NCBI GenBank assembly: GCA_964270895.1
Contig: OZ185441.1
Reading direction: 5' to 3' (one strand)
Origin: Podarcis filfolensis
Lineage: Eukaryota
Length of the DNA: 64,000 nucleotides
Shown here: one piece after another, positions 36,481 through 48,929 of the stretch
Layout: each line of letters opens with the position of its first letter
How positions within the stretch are numbered: position 1 is the first letter of the stretch
Position numbers and translations under genes: made by a program
Notes under the pieces: model-generated
Database searches by the model: none
What the model saw: only the letters and a program-made list of their open reading frames with translations
Told to the model about the DNA's origin: nothing

Positions 36481-36870
36481 TTGAAAGGCGGTTTAATTTT
36501 GAATGTATTTTGTAATTATCCTTGGTGTACAGTTTGCCCTTTTCACAGCTGGTGTGCACTGGGTTCATTTTTCATTTTGTACTCTGTCATAACCCCTCAA
36601 TATCTTTCTTGGTGAGTAACTGGCAGTTTTGATTCCCTGAAGTTAGGTTTTTTTTGTCTCAGTGTACATCACTTTGAATCTCCTTTGTCACCCCCACCTC
36701 CCATTCACACAGTTTTGATATGTTTAGGAAGTCTGCTTGGATTTTTACCATCCTCAATATATACCGTAATCTGCAAATTTCACTGCTCTCCCCAACTTTA
36801 AATCATGAGTATATGAGTTATCACATATACAGAACATTATTTTTGTACTCAACTTTATATTTGGGTTCAG

Positions 36871-37036
36871 GTTTTGCAGGAAATGTTTCTTAATGGCTAT
36901 GAAAGAAGGTGGAACACATTGCCCACTATGCAGAGGCATTGTCACCCGAAAAGAAAAAGCACGTCCTAACAGAGCCTTAGATGTTGAAAACAACATGAAG
37001 AAATTGGTGGGGAGCTGTAGATGCTGCGACAAACAG
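36871..37036 (+). CDS. RNF138: RNF138 exon (166 nt)
   Basis: FCRKCFLMAMKEGGTHCPLCRGIVTRKEKARPNRALDVENNMKKLVGSCRCCDKQ; AG/GT in frame. Confidence 0.97.
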
Positions 37037-37776
37037 GTATAGTAGATGTAAAATAGTGTTAAAAGTGAAACTCTGTATGCTTATCTAGAAGTAAGCCCTT
37101 TTGAAAACATGCATAGGATTACATTGAAATAATATTTATTGCAGACAGGTGGGTAGTGCACCATCATCTGCTACCACATTTTACATTATGAAGATTCTGA
37201 GAAAAAGCAGACTGACTTTGAATAACAAACAAGTGTTGCAACTAGGCACTGATAGAATGTATTCCTTCACTTTTTTTGTTGTGATTTGGGAGCACTCTAG
37301 TAAATTAAAACTGTTAATAATACTGAAGAAGACGTGGAGGTACAAGAATGGCTTGAGCAGTGACTGTAAGACTATCTTAACCAGCTTTGAATTACCTGAT
37401 TGAAGCTAAAGCAATCCCCAAATATACAAAGAAGCAGCTAACCATATGTGCATTAACTTTTTATCTATCTTAAGGTCTTGGGAAGCTCAAACCATAGAAT
37501 ACTGTAGAGTTTTATGATCTGTCACCTGATCTGGTTGTTTAACTCCTGTGTTGAGCTCAGTAAAACAAAAATATTTATAAGGCATGTACGAAAATATGTG
37601 TTAATGCTTAGTTGAATGAGCTTTCAGTATTGCAAATCAAGGGAATTTAGAAGAAAGTTTTGTAAACTAGTTGACATGATTTTCCTCAACTAGTCACAGG
37701 AGTAATTTTTTTAGGTAACTATAGGATTGCCCATAAATGAGAGTCAACTCTAAATGAGACACAACTTTATTTACAG

Positions 37777-37892
37777 ATAAGATTCTCGCGTATGAGACAG
37801 CACTATAAATCGTGTAAAAAGTATCAAGATGAGTATGGTGTTTCTTCTGTAATTCCAAGCTTAGACATATCTCAGGATTCAACAGGAAACAG
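37777..37892 (+). CDS. RNF138: RNF138 exon (116 nt)
   Basis: IRFSRMRQHYKSCKKYQDEYGVSSVIPSLDISQDSTGN; AG/GT in frame. Confidence 0.97.
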
Positions 37893-38637
37893 GTAAATAC
37901 CTATTTGCAAGCAGCTTTATACATTTTAATGCTTGCTTTTTAAAAAAATGTCCCAAACTATTGTATATTGCGTTCTTTAGATTTGGCATGGGGGAAGTTG
38001 TTAAACAATGTAGCTTAGAATTTATTCACAGGGTGGTTGAAGTGTGACTGTAAAGTACACTTTATTATGTTATATCCAAATGAGAACTTCCGACACAATG
38101 TTATAATTATCTTTTAGGCTTTGGAACTTAGTTCTGATTATGAAATGCCAAAAATCACTATTTAAATCAACAAAAATTACTTTGTGTATTGCAAACCTTT
38201 GTTTTGTTTGCAGTATGGGCACCAGGCTTCAGCGGCCCTTGGCATAATGGTGATACTGCCTTAAACAAAGGCAGGGCTCATTCCTGCTTTAGGTGGCAGC
38301 TACATCCTTCTCTGCTGCTTTGGTGGTCCCAGTGCCACTCACTGTCCTCCACTCAGATGCACTTCCATGGACATGCAGCAGCACTTTTGAATGGGAGCTA
38401 AGCTCAGCTTCATCCATGGTGGCCACCCAACACCTTATGCAATGTTTCTGAAGTAACTTTAAAAAAAAAATGTTTATTTAGATAAGAACATCTATAGTCC
38501 AATTCTAAACATGCATTTTTTGAAAGCAAGTCCCACTAGTATCAATGGGATTAATTTATTCATCATACTGCTTTGAATTGCAACCTCTTCTGTATTTAAT
38601 TTGAAAATAAATTCTCACGCTTTGTATGAAGTTTTAG

Positions 38638-38703
38638 AAGTGACTCTTCTACTTCGGAAGTTGGAGAAAATTCTAATCTACATGTTCCTGAAGAAGCTAC
38701 AAG
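38638..38703 (+). CDS. RNF138: RNF138 small symmetric linker exon (66 nt, phase 2-2)
   Basis: (R)SDSSTSEVGENSNLHVPEEAT(S) resembles recalled human RSETSTSD..; tandem acceptor TAG/AAG, donor GTAGAA; gives a 245-aa product. Confidence 0.8.
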
Positions 38704-39593
38704 GTAGAACTACCTTTGAAATCAATAACTATGTGGTTTTAGGTATTGGTGGGAAGGAGTGCCAACAAATGAAGGGAATCTTCAGTAGAAGACAAATTTC
38801 AAAACAAATATCATAGTCTAGTGGCTCTGATGTATGCTCATGCAGGGACTTTAATGTGTGGATCCCAAGCTTTGAATAAGAGATGCTTCCTTACTGATTT
38901 CAGTGTCGGGTATTAGATTACCAGGTGACAAAGTAAATAAAAAAGCTATTTCTCATTAGAACTTTATGCATGCATTGACTGCCTCATGGGGTTTGGACTG
39001 GGGCCCATTTGGCTTTCTTTATCTACCTTCAGGTCTTTTCACATATGTGTCAGGCATGGAGAATTATACTCCTGTATCAGTAACCTGAATATTTTGTATA
39101 AAAGTGGTTTTCAGCCATTGGAAACCACTAATGTGAAGGTAGCACAAAGCACATCACGCTACAGTTAAACTTCAAAACAAGGCAGAATTTTGGATTTTAT
39201 CAAAATTTGAATTTTGGGTTTAAGGTATTAAAACAGATTTGTGTCAAGGTGAAGTATAAATAGGTATGTGATACTTTATAATATATTTAGGTCAGGTAAA
39301 ATCAGGAAAATGGAATTTGATTTGTTTCTTAGAAAAAGATAGTCTAAAGAAAACAACTTTTTATATTTGAAGCAATGCAAAGTAATCCTGTGATTTACTG
39401 CAAAAGCCGCTGGTGATAGATGAAAGTGATCCTGTTGAAAGACTAGGTAATCTTAAGAAAACACCCCCAAAAAGCCTTAAACTGAAAAATACATAGCATG
39501 ACCTCTCTTCCATTGGCTTAGTAGATATTCTGTTATTCTTTTGTTTTAAATCGCACTGTAAACTGCCCTGGAATATTAGGAACAGACTATATA

Positions 39594-39835
39594 CAGTGGT
39601 ACCTCGGGTTAAGTACTTAATTCGTTCTGGAGGTCCGTTCTTAAGCTGAAACTGTTCTTAACCTGAAGCACCACTTTAGTTAATGGGGCCTCCAGCTGCC
39701 GCCGTGCCGCTGGAGCACGATTTCCATTCTCATCCTGAAGCAAAGTTCTAAACCTAAGGTACTATTTCTGGGTTAGCGGAGTCTGTAACCTGAAGCGTCT
39801 GTAACCTGAAGTGTATTTAACCCGAGGTACCACTG
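39594..39835. mobile_element. Tigger-like MITE, subfamily 1
   Basis: TA-CAGTGGTACCTCGGGTTA ... AACCCGAGGTACCACTG-TA. Confidence 0.9.
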
Positions 39836-40067
39836 TAAATACCTTAAATAAATCAGCAAGCTGCATTCAAATATGTTAAATTTTGACTTAGTGCTACATG
39901 AATTCACTACAGCAAGCCTCGATGTGTTTTGGTCTCATTTTATGCATTTCCTCCTTTTGCTGAAATTAATGGGGAAATGATTGTGGGTGACAGAGTTCCT
40001 TGAATATGTAACATGCTGTTGCAGGGATTTTCATCCATGTGTGCCTCTTTCTCATATTTGTTTTCAG

Positions 40068-40173
40068 TGGACAGCCTACATTCAAATGCCCTCTGTGTCA
40101 AGAAAGTAACTTTACAAGGCAGAACTTATTGGATCACTGTAATGATAGGCACCTTTATCAACTAGTTCCAGTA
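40068..40173 (+). CDS. RNF138: RNF138 exon (106 nt)
   Basis: GQPTFKCPLCQESNFTRQNLLDHCNDRHLYQLVPV; AG/GT in frame. Confidence 0.97.
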
Positions 40174-40494
40174 GTGAGTATGTGTATATAAAAAAGAAAG
40201 TTTGTGAAGATTTTATCCTAGTATGTGTGAATTAAGCGCTCTTTTTTTTTTTGGAAATTATCTTAATTCTATGACAATAGCAATATTTTCAGAAAGAATG
40301 AGCCACCCTCTTCTCCCTTCAGTGATGGATCCAACAGTTACAGCATTTTCCTCAGTTTTATACTGAATGACATTTTCCCATTTCCGATCTTTGTTTTTTT
40401 TTTTAAGTACTTAGATCTGTAATTACAAGACATGTTTTCCATTTTCAGTTTGGGATTATCATTGTTTTATTTAGTATTCAATAAGTTTTCTTAA

Positions 40495-41100
40495 GGGTAG
40501 CACTGTGGGTTAAACCACAGAGCCTAGGACTTGCCGATCAGAAGGTCGATGGTTCGAATCCCCTTAATGGCGTAAGCTCCCGTTGCTCGGTCCCTGCTCC
40601 TGCCAACCTAGCAGTTCAAAAGCATGTCAAAGGGCAAGTAGATAAATAGAAGAAGAAGAAGAGTTTGGATTTGATATCCCGCCTTTCACTCCCTTTAAGG
40701 AGTCTCAAAGCGGCTAACATTCTCCTTTCCCTTCCTCCCCCACAACAAACACTCTGTGAGGTGAGTGGGGCTGAGAGACTTCAGAGAAGTGTGACTGGCC
40801 CAAGGTCACCCAGCAGCTGCATGTGGAGGAGCGGAGACGCGAACCCGGTTCCCCAGATTACGTGACTACCGCTCTTAACCACTACACCACACTGGCTCTC
40901 ATAGGTACCGCTCTGGCGGGAAGGTAACTGGCGTTTCCATCTGCTGCTCTGGTTTGCCAGAAGCGGCTTAGTCATGCTGGCCACATGACCCGGAAGCTGT
41001 ACGCCGGCTCCCTCAGCCAATAAAGCAAGATGAGCGCTGCAACCCCAGAGTCTGTCACGACTGGACCTAATGGTCAGGGGTCCCTTTACCTTTACCTTTA
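40495..41100 (+). mobile_element. Sauria/Squam1-type SINE, full length, interrupted by a second SINE
   Basis: tRNA-like head with B box GGTTCGAATCC (40551-40561), body, (CCTTTA)n tail; split at ATAG. Confidence 0.9.
40650..40900 (-). mobile_element. tRNA-headed CORE-like SINE (Squam3-like) nested in the Sauria SINE
   Basis: Minus strand begins GAGAGCCAGTGTGGTGTAGTGGTTAAGAG, contains GGTGACCTTGGGCCAGTCAC and ends in a (TTC)n tail; flanked by ATAG at 40646-40649 and 40901-40904. Confidence 0.88.
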
Positions 41101-41647
41101 TGTTTTCTTAAAAGACTGCCCTTCATTCTATTTTTGCTCAATCTGTCGCACATTGCTATTAGACACATTTAAGTCCATTTGAGTTCAGTGGAAGTACTAA
41201 GCACTTAAGGAGTGCCCAGCTGGGGCAGGATGGTGCTCTGTTTTACAAGTAGTGCCCAGTATTGTTTAAATGGGAGATATTAGAGACATACATTCTTTTA
41301 AAAACTTTTTGTCTTAAGTCCCATTTTCCAAGATTTGTTTTGTAAAAAGATTGCTTAAGATTAAGGGCAGAAATAGACAAGGAGTATCTTCTTTAGAAAC
41401 ATAAATGTTCAGTGTCATTTCCTTTAAAGAATTTAAAGTATGTGTAGTTAACTTTTTAAGTTTAATCTCTTCTATTCACATTCCTTCCAGGAGTATCCTT
41501 TTGTTTTAAGAATGTGTCTATTTTAAGGCATTTCTACGTAGTATGACTTAGTATGATTTTCATAGAAACAAATGTTGATCTACTATCTAGTTATGTAATT
41601 TATGTGAGCAATTGTCTGCCTCTTGATTCTCTCTCTCTCTTTTAAAG

Positions 41648-41755
41648 ATCTGTCCTATTTGTGTCTCTTTTCCATGGGGAGATCCTAACCGGGTTACTAG
41701 AGATTTTGTTGGCCATTTAAATCTAAGGCATCAGTTTGAGTATGGAGATTTTATG
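41648..41755 (+). CDS. RNF138: RNF138 exon (108 nt)
   Basis: ICPICVSFPWGDPNRVTRDFVGHLNLRHQFEYGDFM; AG/GTAAG. Confidence 0.97.
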
Positions 41756-43384
41756 GTAAGAGCTTTTCTTTTGTTCTTGCCCCCTATTTAAAATGTTGAC
41801 ATTTTTAAATCTCTATGCTGGAAGACTAAATTAGAGCCTTATTCATCTTGGATTAATTTGGGTAAAAGCACCTTCTATATTAGATTGCCAGATTTAAATT
41901 ACCTAGAAGCCTTGCTTTACCAAGTTCTACAGCTGTCCTGGTAAATTGTGAAATCTCTTTCCTAGGTAAATTTGGAGAAAAGGCTAGAAAAGCACTTAGG
42001 GGATTTTGTGCATTTAAAACACTTCTACCCTGCTTTAGCCATAAAGGTTCCAAAGTCAGTTTATACCTCAATAAACCATGCATATACTAGTCTCTACCCT
42101 GAAGCTTACAATTTAAAAGATAGGACACACAAGGACGAAGATGGGAAAGGACAGGAAAAGCAGACTTGGTCACTCTTCTCAAAAGTTACAGTTCATATAA
42201 CAACCAGCTAAATTGGAAGTTGTTCAGGCAGCTTCATGGAATGACTGCTGTTGAGAGAGAACCAGCCAGTCTCAACAAACCTGATGAGAATAGATAGCCC
42301 TGCTTCTCTCCTCTCCTCTGTAGCCTGACAGCATGGCTGTGGTGATAGTGAAAGGCAGATGGTGTCTCAGCAGGTCTAGTTTCTCCCCCTGTCAAATGTC
42401 AGCTGTTTACTTATGCTGTCTGGCTAGGGAACAGTCTGGCTGGGGAACAGTCTGTGGTGCTGGGATGCCAACAGGATTTCCTGGACCTGTTACACTTTAC
42501 TTAGATTGGGTCCTCTTCAATCCCCCCAGCAGTCTGTTGGAAGAATTTAGGCTTAAGTGCATATATTACCTTCACCTATATTTTACAGGGCCATTACAAA
42601 GATGAAAGGGAGGATAATATACACAACCTTGAACTCCTCACTGGAAGAGCAAGATATAAATATATATCACAGATCATGTAAACAAAAAGAAACATGCTCA
42701 AATCCAGAAAAGCCGTTCCCATCTTGCTTTAACTGCAATGTTCCATAATCTAGGGTTGCCATATGTCCAGAATTTCCTGGACATATCCAGAATACTGCAG
42801 CTGCAAGCAGTGTCTGGGTGGAAATGGGTGAAATGTCCTGGAAAATAGGAAAGGGGGGGAGGGAAATCCATTTTTTTCTCAGTAAGTAGGAGGATTCATT
42901 TATTTCACCGGAGTTATTTCTGAGTAAAACATATCAAAACCAATTCTGTTTTATATCCCCTAAAATTCTGCTGAATTAATACCAAATAACATAACTAATA
43001 ATTGCTCCTTAACATTATCTCAAGTAAAAATACTGTTCCAAAATAACATTGCTTGCTTTTCCTTTAAATGTCCTGGTTAGATGTGAATCATTGCCATAAC
43101 ATCACTCATAATCAACATTTTGCAACCATTCATTTCTGGAAATGTGTTGGGGGAGGTTCCAGTTTTTAGTAATTTATTTTGCTGTTACTAGCATGTTAAT
43201 TGCCGGAATGATAGCCTTCTTTTCTAAAGGATCACTTATATCATTTAGCAGACTATTCATATACATTTTCCCATTGTGTGCTCTTTGTTTTAGTAATTAA
43301 TGCAGAGTACATGATGAACTGTAGAGTGTTATAACTTGGTCTGGGGGAAAATTCTAAACCATTTTTGTTGTTGTTTGTATTTAG

Positions 43385-43453
43385 AATCCTCAGCTGGATG
43401 AGGAAACTCTGTTCCAAAATGCTGTTGAGGAATCTTGTCAAGAGAACCTTTGA
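43385..43453 (+). CDS. RNF138: RNF138 last coding exon, UIM and stop (69 nt)
   Basis: NPQLDEETLFQNAVEESCQENL*; TGA at 43451-43453; total CDS 738 nt. Confidence 0.96.
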   Translation, partial: NPQLDEETLFQNAVEESCQENL

Positions 43454-44379
43454 AATCTCTAATTTGTTCACATCATTGCTTTCTGCGAGGGGAGAAGCTG
43501 CATCAGTGGTCTCAGTGTTAATAAAAGGGAACCCTTGTATCCAGTTTAACTGTATAGCAGTATTACTTTCCCTTGAATTTATTTTAAAATGCTTTTTATT
43601 TAAACTAACAAAAAAGCATGTTATATTATAATACTTTAATATGGGGTGTTTTTTCCTCCACATAATATTAGAAATATTTCAGATATCTGGCAAAAACATT
43701 ACTGTCTTTGAGATAAAGCTATTAAGAGCCATTTTGCATCATTTGTTTTGTTATTTTTAAAGAAGTGTTACACTATAGAGAAAAAAATTGCACTGGGACA
43801 AAGTATTGACATACAGATAGTAAGGCCAGGGTGGTGGTTTTTATTCTTTTTTGGATGAGTTAAATAACTTTTCTTCTATGCTTACTAAATCTATGTTAAA
43901 AGCTAAAAAAACCCAATAATTTCTAGCCCAATACTATTCTAGCCCCAGCTAGTGTTTACATAAAAGAACATGCACTCAATGCTGTCAAGAATCTCTTAAG
44001 TAGCCACAATCTGGAGGCTTCCTAGCTATGGCATACTTACTACTTGGCCATTTTCTAGACACCAGCCACTTACTTGTAAAGTAGCCTATCTTAAATTGAT
44101 AGGTTTAATTTATTTTATTCAGAGTTTGGTTACTTACTGCTTTTTGGATTGTATCATTATTCACTTGAGAAAGTTTATAAAAACTTTTTCCAGTTCTTTA
44201 ACAAAATTTGGGATAAAAAAGTCAGAATAATGAGCTGCAAGTATGTTGAAAATACTAACTGACTAAAGAGGTCTTTTATTGGAAGTGCTGTTTTAGGGGG
44301 AAATTGGTCTTGGGTCAATATCAACTTAATCTGATTTTAGATACGAGCTTTCTGTTAAATTATCTCCTGTACACTTGTT

Positions 44380-45260
44380 TCAAAGCCTAGTCCTGGAAAC
44401 CATGGGAATACCTGTGCATCTTCAAAAGCCATTGTACATTTGAACACTCTAAACATGGGGTTACCACTTCATGAGTCTCAGTGCCCAAACAATCCTTGTC
44501 CAGGAAAGGGTGCAGTTGACATTCCACCCAAAGCTGATGGTAGGCTCTCTGCCATGGAGGCCACACAGGCCTCATTGGACAAAGATTGTTCCATAAATAC
44601 TCCTAAACTCTCTGCATGTTCCTTTAGAGTGCAATCCAATCCAGAACAGGCAAGTCCCAAATTCTCAGGCATGGGAATTGGTCATCCAGAGCATCCTTGT
44701 CTTAGCAAAATTCAGCTTCACTTTTTTGGTCCACATCCTACGCACCCTGATTCCAGGCACTGTTTCATCTTGTGCATGCCCTCTTGACTGAGAATTAACA
44801 AAGAGCTGGGTGTCATCAGCACATTGATGCCACTGCCCCAAGTCTCCTGATGACTGCTTCTGTTGGCTTCATATAGATGTCTAATAGCAGTGGGGATAAA
44901 ATAGTGTTGTGCAGTACCCCACAACTAAATCACAAGGGTACTGATACATAGTCCCTCAGTACTATTATCTGAGACTGGCCCTACAAATAGGAGTGGAACC
45001 ACCATAGAGAAGTTCCTTCAACATCCAACTCACAGAAGGTACCATGGTCAGTGGTATCAAAGCTGCAGAGAGATAAGCAAGAGCAACAAAGTTTCACTCC
45101 CCATCTCTCCTCTGGGGAATATTATTCATAAGAGCAACCAAGGCTGATTTTGTGTTAAAAAACATATTGAACCCATATTGGAGTGGGGGCAGTTAATAGT
45201 TTTCTTCCAAGAGTTTCTACAGCTGCATTGCCACAATCCTGAAGCACCTTGCCCACAAAG
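44380..45260 (-). mobile_element. Decayed L2-clade LINE RT fragment
   Basis: Minus strand reads ILSPLLLDIYMKP and HQCADDTQLF (ADDTQL at 44803-44820); frameshifts and stops. Confidence 0.8.
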
Positions 45261-45489
45261 GGTATTAGACACTGGATAGTAGTTGTGCTATTGGTATAAT
45301 TAGGAATGAGCAGATTCCCTCAGTACCATGTCATTGTTGCCTCTTGTCTCTGTAGCCTAATGCAATATTAGGTTGCTTTAACAAATGCATAGTATGCAAG
45401 TCATGTGTGGTAATAGTTCTACTCTATTCTGTGCTGGTCAGGCTGCCTCTGAGGTCAGTTCTGAGTGTCTAGCACAGGTTAGTCCCCCC

Positions 45490-47395
45490 CCCTTTTTAAA
45501 TTTTCATTTTTCACATCACACATAAAACAACATATTCACAACACACAAACCATATTGCTTAAAAATATCAACTCAGATTCTTACAGTACACTCCAAAAAA
45601 ATCTTTCCACATATTACCATGCAATTTCAGTGTGTATGTGTGGGTATAAATATAATCTTGATGCATATACTCCAAAAAATGGTTGTCACACAAAGAAAAG
45701 AAAGGGGTTAGAATTCCCTTTAGTTGCATGAATCTGGCACATCAGCTTTTCATCCAGGGCTATTGTCCATGCTCGGAGCACCTATTTCCGCTGAGAGGAA
45801 GAACATTAAGAGTTATTTATGAGCGACTGGTGGAGTAGACATGGTCTTTATTACAAGTAAAGGAAGTTTAGGGGAAGGTTGTAGGTCCATTTTGTATATT
45901 AAAATCAATTCTTTAAATATCAAACCCCAAAATTGATAAACATGCCCCAAACTTAGGATCTTCCAATTCTATAGCCACTGTTTTCCTCCTGGATCTTGAA
46001 TCAAAGACACCAAGACTTGGAATGCCTTATAGTATATAAGCAAGTGGCGCACTCCCAGACCAGATTTTAAATTTATCTTTGCCAAATTTTAAATTGTTAG
46101 GCATTATAGTTATTGGCAAGACCTGAAATAGTCAGAGAAACTACAGAAGGATCAACATATTCATAGCCACAATGTGGCTCAAGCAAGAAAGGTTTAGACT
46201 TTTCCAGGATTTCAGTTCCTGTCTAACTTGAGATAACAAAGACTCAAAATTTGCTTTCCTTAAAGAGTGCAAGAATTTTGATATAAATATTCCCAGATAT
46301 TTCAGCTTTTGAGGACAGATTGTAAAACCCTCAATGCTTTGTATGAAAGTTTGAGACTGGTAAGACCACAAGAAACATAATTTCAGATTTGGTTTCAGAA
46401 TTATTCAGTTCTTTAATAACTTCAGGTATTGCCAATTTCGGTTTTGATAACATGAAAGCTATGCCATCTGCAAAAAGGTTAGTATGCATTTTACTTTAAA
46501 TTTTTTCACTTTCTATATTCACATTGTTTCTAATGACTGTTGCCAATGGTTCAATAGACAAGGCAAATAAAAGCAGAGACAAAGGACAATCTTGTTTTAC
46601 TCTTTATAGAGGTTTCTGAGTTGAGACCATTACATAAGACTGTAGCAAAGGAATGTTTGTATACTTCAAAAGTCGAGTTAATAAACCACTCTCATGCTAA
46701 GTCTATACATCAGTGATTTAAAAATGACCAACTCAGCCTGTCAAAGACCTTGTAAAAATCCCATGAGATTATTGCAAGTGACTTACCTTTCTTTTTACTA
46801 TAATAAATGACATTCAATAGGTGTCTTACTGGATCCACTATGCCAGCGATACAGAAAGCCTACCTGGTCTGGGGAGATAAAATTTGTAATGAACACATTT
46901 AATCTGTTTGCTAAAATGGCTGTATACAGCTTAGCTTCTTGGTATAACAGGGCTAATTGGATGCTACAATTCCTCTAGGTCAAGGTTTCTTCTAGCTTTT
47001 GGTAGTACTGTTATTTTAGATTGATGCCAGTAATACGGTGGAAGTTCTGCCAAAAGAACTTCATTAAACAACTTGGCTAGATGGGGAGACAGTTCATTTC
47101 TAAAATGTTTATAGAATGTTCCTGTAAAACTGCCAGCCTCTGGTGCTTTGTATCCTCGTAGTTTTTTAATAGCCATTTGCACTTCCTTTAATAGATTTAT
47201 TCGAAGACTGCATATGATCCATTTCTAACTGTGTTAATGAAGTTTATCTAAATAGTCATTGATAGCAAACACAGACGTTGATGGTGAGCTGTGTAATTCT
47301 GAATAAAATTTATTAAATAATCCACATTTGTCTTTTTCTTTGTACTGAAAAATGCCAAAAACATCTTTTATGTGTAGCACTCTTCTATAGGCAAC
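45490..47395 (-). mobile_element. Decayed 5'-truncated L1 (ORF2 RT region plus 3' UTR)
   Basis: AIKKLRGYKAPEAGSFTGTFYKHF..ITVLPK (46964-47182), LFADG at about 46462-46476, KLKYLGI..ANFESLL (46141-46371), GLGVRHLLIYYKAF near 46020-46065. Confidence 0.85.
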
Positions 47396-47396
47396 A

Positions 47397-48690
47397 TTTT
47401 GTTTGTTGGTTTGTTTGTTTTTGTTTTTATTAAAGATTTTCTTGGTTTAGTACATGCCTTGTCTCTTTTTTCAGGTTATACAGTCTTTCTTGCAAATCAG
47501 TTACATTGGTTGTGATACATTAGTGTTGATACTGTATATAAGGTTGGGGAAGAAAGTGGGAGAGGGTGGGGTGGTGAGGCTTATATTCTTTTATATAGTG
47601 TACATGTGAGGTTTTGTGTCAGTGTCAACTGGGTAGGTTCTCTTTCTATTTGTTTATTACATTTCCTTGCTATTGAGAGGTATTGGGGGGCAATATTATT
47701 TCTTTGGTGGAGGATGTTACGTTACCATCTTTTTTAGTGACAGTGTATTATTGTTTTGAGTAATTTCCCCCCTGCATCTATTTGCTAATAATCTGGAGTT
47801 CTTTCCTCCATATTCATAAAAGCATTGTTTAGAGCATAAGATATTAATCATTGTTTTATTGATTTCTATAGAGTCAATTTTTGTTCTTTTTTGTTCTATG
47901 AGTTTAAGGAGTTGGTTGTTGTTTTTTTGCTCCTGCTTGTTTGTAGTGTGATGAGACGGTTGTAATGTCTTGTTCTAATTTACCAATTTTTGAGGAGGAT
48001 GGGGCTGAAGGACCATGCTGGGGTAGTTTGTGCTTCCTCTCTTGAGGGTAGCTTCTACTGGGGCATGATCTGTGATTTTAATGTTACCAATGTTTGTTGT
48101 TTCTGTGTGAGCAGAATGCTGTCCAGTCTGGACATGGTGCCGGGACGTCCAGACTGGAATGTGGCTGGTGTCTCCCAGGTTCTTTTCTCCCCAGATGTCA
48201 CAAAGGCCTCCGTTTTTAGCATTTTCAGTAGTTGGTCAGTGTCTCATAATTGTTTGGGGTTTCCCTCTGAGGAAGGTTGCCCAGGGGGTTGTAGGAGGTT
48301 GTAGGATGGATGTCTTTTAGGGATGCCTCTCATATTGAGGTTGAGGTCACCTCCTGGGATTGTTTACCCTTTGGAGAAGGAATTTGTTTAGTGTTTCCTG
48401 GATGAACTATAGTTGTTTCGTGTTTCGGGCATATATGGAGCCAATTGTCAGTTTAGTTTTGCCATTAGCAAAAATGAATCTACCTTTTTGTGTTTTAGCA
48501 CTGTTGTGGCTTTAAAATTTAGGCCTCTCCGTGGGCCTTTCCTGAGCCAGGTGCCACCCATTGCTGACTGAACCTGGGTTAGCTCAGGCTTTTGCTTCTT
48601 TTGGGTGGGTTGTGGAAGGCAACGTGTGGTTTCACTCACCAGAACAGACACTTGTGGAACAGAAGTAGAGGTCAAAAACTTTTCTCCATA
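47397..48690 (-). mobile_element. L1 derivative: ORF2 endonuclease domain joined to a 3' UTR and A-rich tail, RT absent
   Basis: APE motifs TIGSIYARN, GGDLN (48340-48354), SRLDSIL (48112-48132), TDHAPV (48056-48073); YEYGGKNSRLLANR (47777-47818); AATAAA on minus at 47426-47431 followed by an A-rich tail. Confidence 0.75.
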
Positions 48691-48828
48691 AAGGTCATAC
48701 TTTTTCTCCCTGGCTTTTTGACTGCATATTTTTTCTGGAAAATGATCACTACTTAAAACATCTTTGGTTACTTTATAAAGGCAATGCTTCCAAGGGATTG
48801 AGAGGTTTGGTAACTTGACACGAGGCGG

Positions 48829-48929
48829 TATTCCACCAAGTTTTACTCAGAGTAGATCCATTGAAATTAATGGCCCTTAGTCATTAAGTTCAGTGGGTCT
48901 ATTCTGAGTCAAACTTGTTGAGTACCACC
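48829..48929. repeat. About 100-bp palindromic element (MITE-like)
   Basis: GGTATTCCACCAAGTTTTACTCAGAGTAGATCCATTGAA pairs with TTCAGTGGGTCTATTCTGAGTCAAACTTGTTGAGTACC; partial relative near 62100-62150. Confidence 0.7.

Noticed and set aside
38214-38260. Candidate RNF138 exon after TTTGTTTGCAG
   Set aside because: The required frame hits TAA, and there is no similarity to RNF138; 38638-38703 fits better
40495-40570. tRNA-like sequences with A/B boxes (also 40830-40900, 59603-59665)
   Set aside because: SINE heads continuing into SINE bodies; no complete cloverleaf, so not called tRNA genes
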